Positions 61,545 through 64,000 of a stretch of 64,000 nt of DNA are shown in pieces (position 1 is the stretch's first letter; every line of letters begins with the position of its first letter). A program made the translations under genes and the position numbers. The notes under the pieces were generated by a model, which was given only the letters and a program-made list of their open reading frames with translations, had not been told where the DNA came from and made no database searches. This stretch comes from Macrostomum hystrix (Eukaryota; Animalia; Platyhelminthes): contig CATNEN010000010.1 in assembly GCA_950097015.1 (NCBI GenBank), positions 3,287,708-3,351,707 on the forward strand, written 5' to 3'.

Positions 61545-62620
61545 CACATCCCCACACCCATCAAGCTCATCCCACACCCAGCTAGCCTCATCCTACACCC
61601 AGCTAGCCTCATCCAACATCCATCAAGCCTCATCCCACACCCAGCTAGCCTCATCCACACCCAGCTAGCCTCATCCCACACCCATCAAGCCTCATCCCAC
61701 ACCCAGCTAGCCTCATCCCACACCATCAAGCTCATCCCACACCCAGCTAGCCTCATCCCACACCCATCAAGCCTCATCCCACACCCAGCTAGTCTCATCC
61801 CACACCCAGCTAGCCTCATCCCACACCCAGCTAGCCTCATCCCATACCCAGCTAGCCTCATCCCACACCCATCAAGCCTCATCCCACATCCAGCTAGCCT
61901 CATCCAACATCCATCAAGCCTCATCCCACACCCAGCTAGCCTCATCCCACACCCAGCTAGCCTCATCCCACACCCATCAAGCCTCATCCCACACCCAGCT
62001 AGCCTCATCCCACACCCATCAAGCCTCTCCCACACCCAGCTAGTCTCATCCCACACCCAGCTAGCCTCATCCCACACCCAGCTAGCCTCATCCCATACCC
62101 AGCTAGCCTCATCCCACACCCATCAAGCCTCATCCCACATCCAGCTAGCCTCATCCCACGTCCAGCTAGCCTCATCCCACACCCATCAAGCCTCATCCCA
62201 CACCCAGCTAGCCTCATCTTACACCCAGCTAGCCTCATCCCACACCCAGCTAGCCTCATCCACACCCAGCTAGCCTCATCCCACACCCATCAAGCCTCAT
62301 CCCACACCCAGCTAGCCTCATCCCACACCCAGCTAGCCTCATCCCATACCCAGCTAGCCTCATCCCACACCCATCAAGCCTCATCCCACATCCAGCTAGC
62401 CTCATCCCACGTCCAGCTAGCCTCATCCCACACCCATCAAGCCTCATCCCACACCCAGCTAGCCTCATCCCACACCCAGCTAGGCCTCATCCCACACCCA
62501 GCTAGCCTCATCCCACACCCAGCTAGCCTCATCCCACACCCATCAAGCCTCATCCCACACCCAGCTAGCCTCATCCCACACCCAGCTAGCCTCATCCCAC
62601 ACCCAGCTAGCCTCATCCCA
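61545..62620. repeat. 21-bp intronic minisatellite (CCAGCTAGCCTCATCCCACAC)n
   Basis: Explains the HPASLIP tail of ORF 60936..62273. Confidence 0.95.
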
Positions 62621-63019
62621 TATATCTTTCCAGGTTCAGAGGCTGGACATGAGCCAGCAGCAGTTCGCTCAGCCCAGTTACTCCTCGCTCAGTCTCGTCA
62701 GTGGCCGCCTCCTCGGTTGTCGGCCGTTTCCGTCGGCCCGTCGGGCCGCTAACCCTCGGACTTGACGGCACTGGGCTGGACGACCCCGCCTTCATGGTGG
62801 CGCCAATGGACACCGGCCGGATTCCCGCCAACGAATTCTCTCCGATGGGGTCACGCGCACCGCTTCTAAGTGTGCATGATCGAAAGTTAACTGGGATTTC
62901 AGTTGGGCACTGCTGCCGCTTAGATTTATCCCAGCCCTGATCCCAGTCTCCTTCCTCCGGTCCGCCTGCCATTCTATCTTATCATCCCACTTGCAGTTCT
63001 CGCGCTTCCATTATCCCAC

Positions 63020-63590
63020 AATACTCGTATAATCCCCCTCCAGTCCGTTAATCCCTGGCATATAATCCCAATCCAGTCTGTTAATCCCTGGCCATATAAT
63101 CCCACTCCAGTCTTGTTAATCCCTGGCCATATATTCCCACTCCAGTCTGTTAATCCCTGGCCATATAATCCCACTCCAGCACGTTAATCCCTGGTCATAT
63201 AATCCCACTCCAGTCTTTTAAATCCCTGGCCATATAATCCCACTCCAGCACGTTAATCCATGGTCATATAATCCCACTCCAGTCTTTTAATCCCTGGCCA
63301 TATAATCCCACTCCAGCACGTTAATCCATCGCCATATAATCCACTCCCTTCCGGTAATCCCTGGCCTTACAATCTCAATCCTAGTTCGTTAATTCCCTGG
63401 CATATAGTCCCACTCCAGCACAGTAATCCATGGCCATATAATCCTACTCCAGCACGGTAATCCATGGCCATATAATCCCACTCCAGCACGGTAATCCATG
63501 GCCATATAATCCCACTCCAGCACGGTAATCCATGGCCATATAATCCCACTTCAGCACGTTAATCCATGGCCAATAGTCCCACTCCAGTCC
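63020..63590. repeat. ~34-bp minisatellite (CCATATAATCCCACTCCAGCACGGTAATCCATGG)n
   Basis: Period 34 at 63434/63468. Confidence 0.9.
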
Positions 63591-64000
63591 CTCAATATAC
63601 GACCCTCTCATCTCTCTAATCCCTAATCCACTGTGATGTCAAAAGTTCGCGTCAGTTTAAATTTTGTTTTTCTAGTGTTCATTTTAGCCTTTTGAATCAG
63701 CTTGTAAATTTGTTAAAAGCAAGTATTTGGACTTCTTGAATAATTTTTCACACTTCTTGATTATAATATCATGTAATTTTAGGCATGATTTTCCTGTCTG
63801 GCTGTGAGTTGAATTACCATGAAAATCTTTATAATCTGTCAAATTCAGCTTTCATTCTTATTAAAATTTCTTAATCTTAGCTAATTTACACTCTTTTGAC
63901 ATTGTCAAGCATTCCTTTGTGTCGTTTCTGTTGTTGTTAATTTGCAAAGCTAATATCAAACCTTGTTATGGAAACCATGTGTCACTTCTTTTATGTGCAA

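Overview
Eukaryotic (metazoan) genomic DNA. GC/Ala-rich exons, AT-rich spacers and about 24 unrelated minisatellite arrays (about 21 kb, roughly one third of the window) suggest a free-living flatworm such as Macrostomum; this is inferred from sequence style and not verified. I reconstructed spliced gene models by hand: an Id/emc-like HLH gene (-), ASPM/abnormal spindle (+, 7 exons, about 1735 aa), AXDND1 (-, 11 exons, about 1059 aa), an intronless SPATA6-like gene (-), ACAA2 thiolase (+, 2 exons), TOPBP1 (+, 2 exons) and CCM2 (+, partial). A secreted Trp/Asn/Gly heptad-repeat protein runs off the left edge and is missing from the ORF track. Most long ORFs in the track are artefacts of stop-free tandem repeats. 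Best leads: (1) ASPM in which most of the IQ array is replaced by a ~320-aa LEQER charged repeat; (2) ACAA2 with no ATG found, starting at a phase-0 acceptor exactly where a flatworm spliced-leader AUG would supply Met1; (3) the WN-repeat secreted protein; (4) a minimal Penelope-type hammerhead ribozyme inside a GATA microsatellite; (5) a ~590-bp tRNA-headed SINE with a 13-bp TSD; (6) an inverted SINE pair bracketing a 921-nt, frame-symmetric three-exon block of AXDND1. At least seven single-base frameshifts cluster at 46-62 kb, mostly at short base runs, and probably reflect assembly error.
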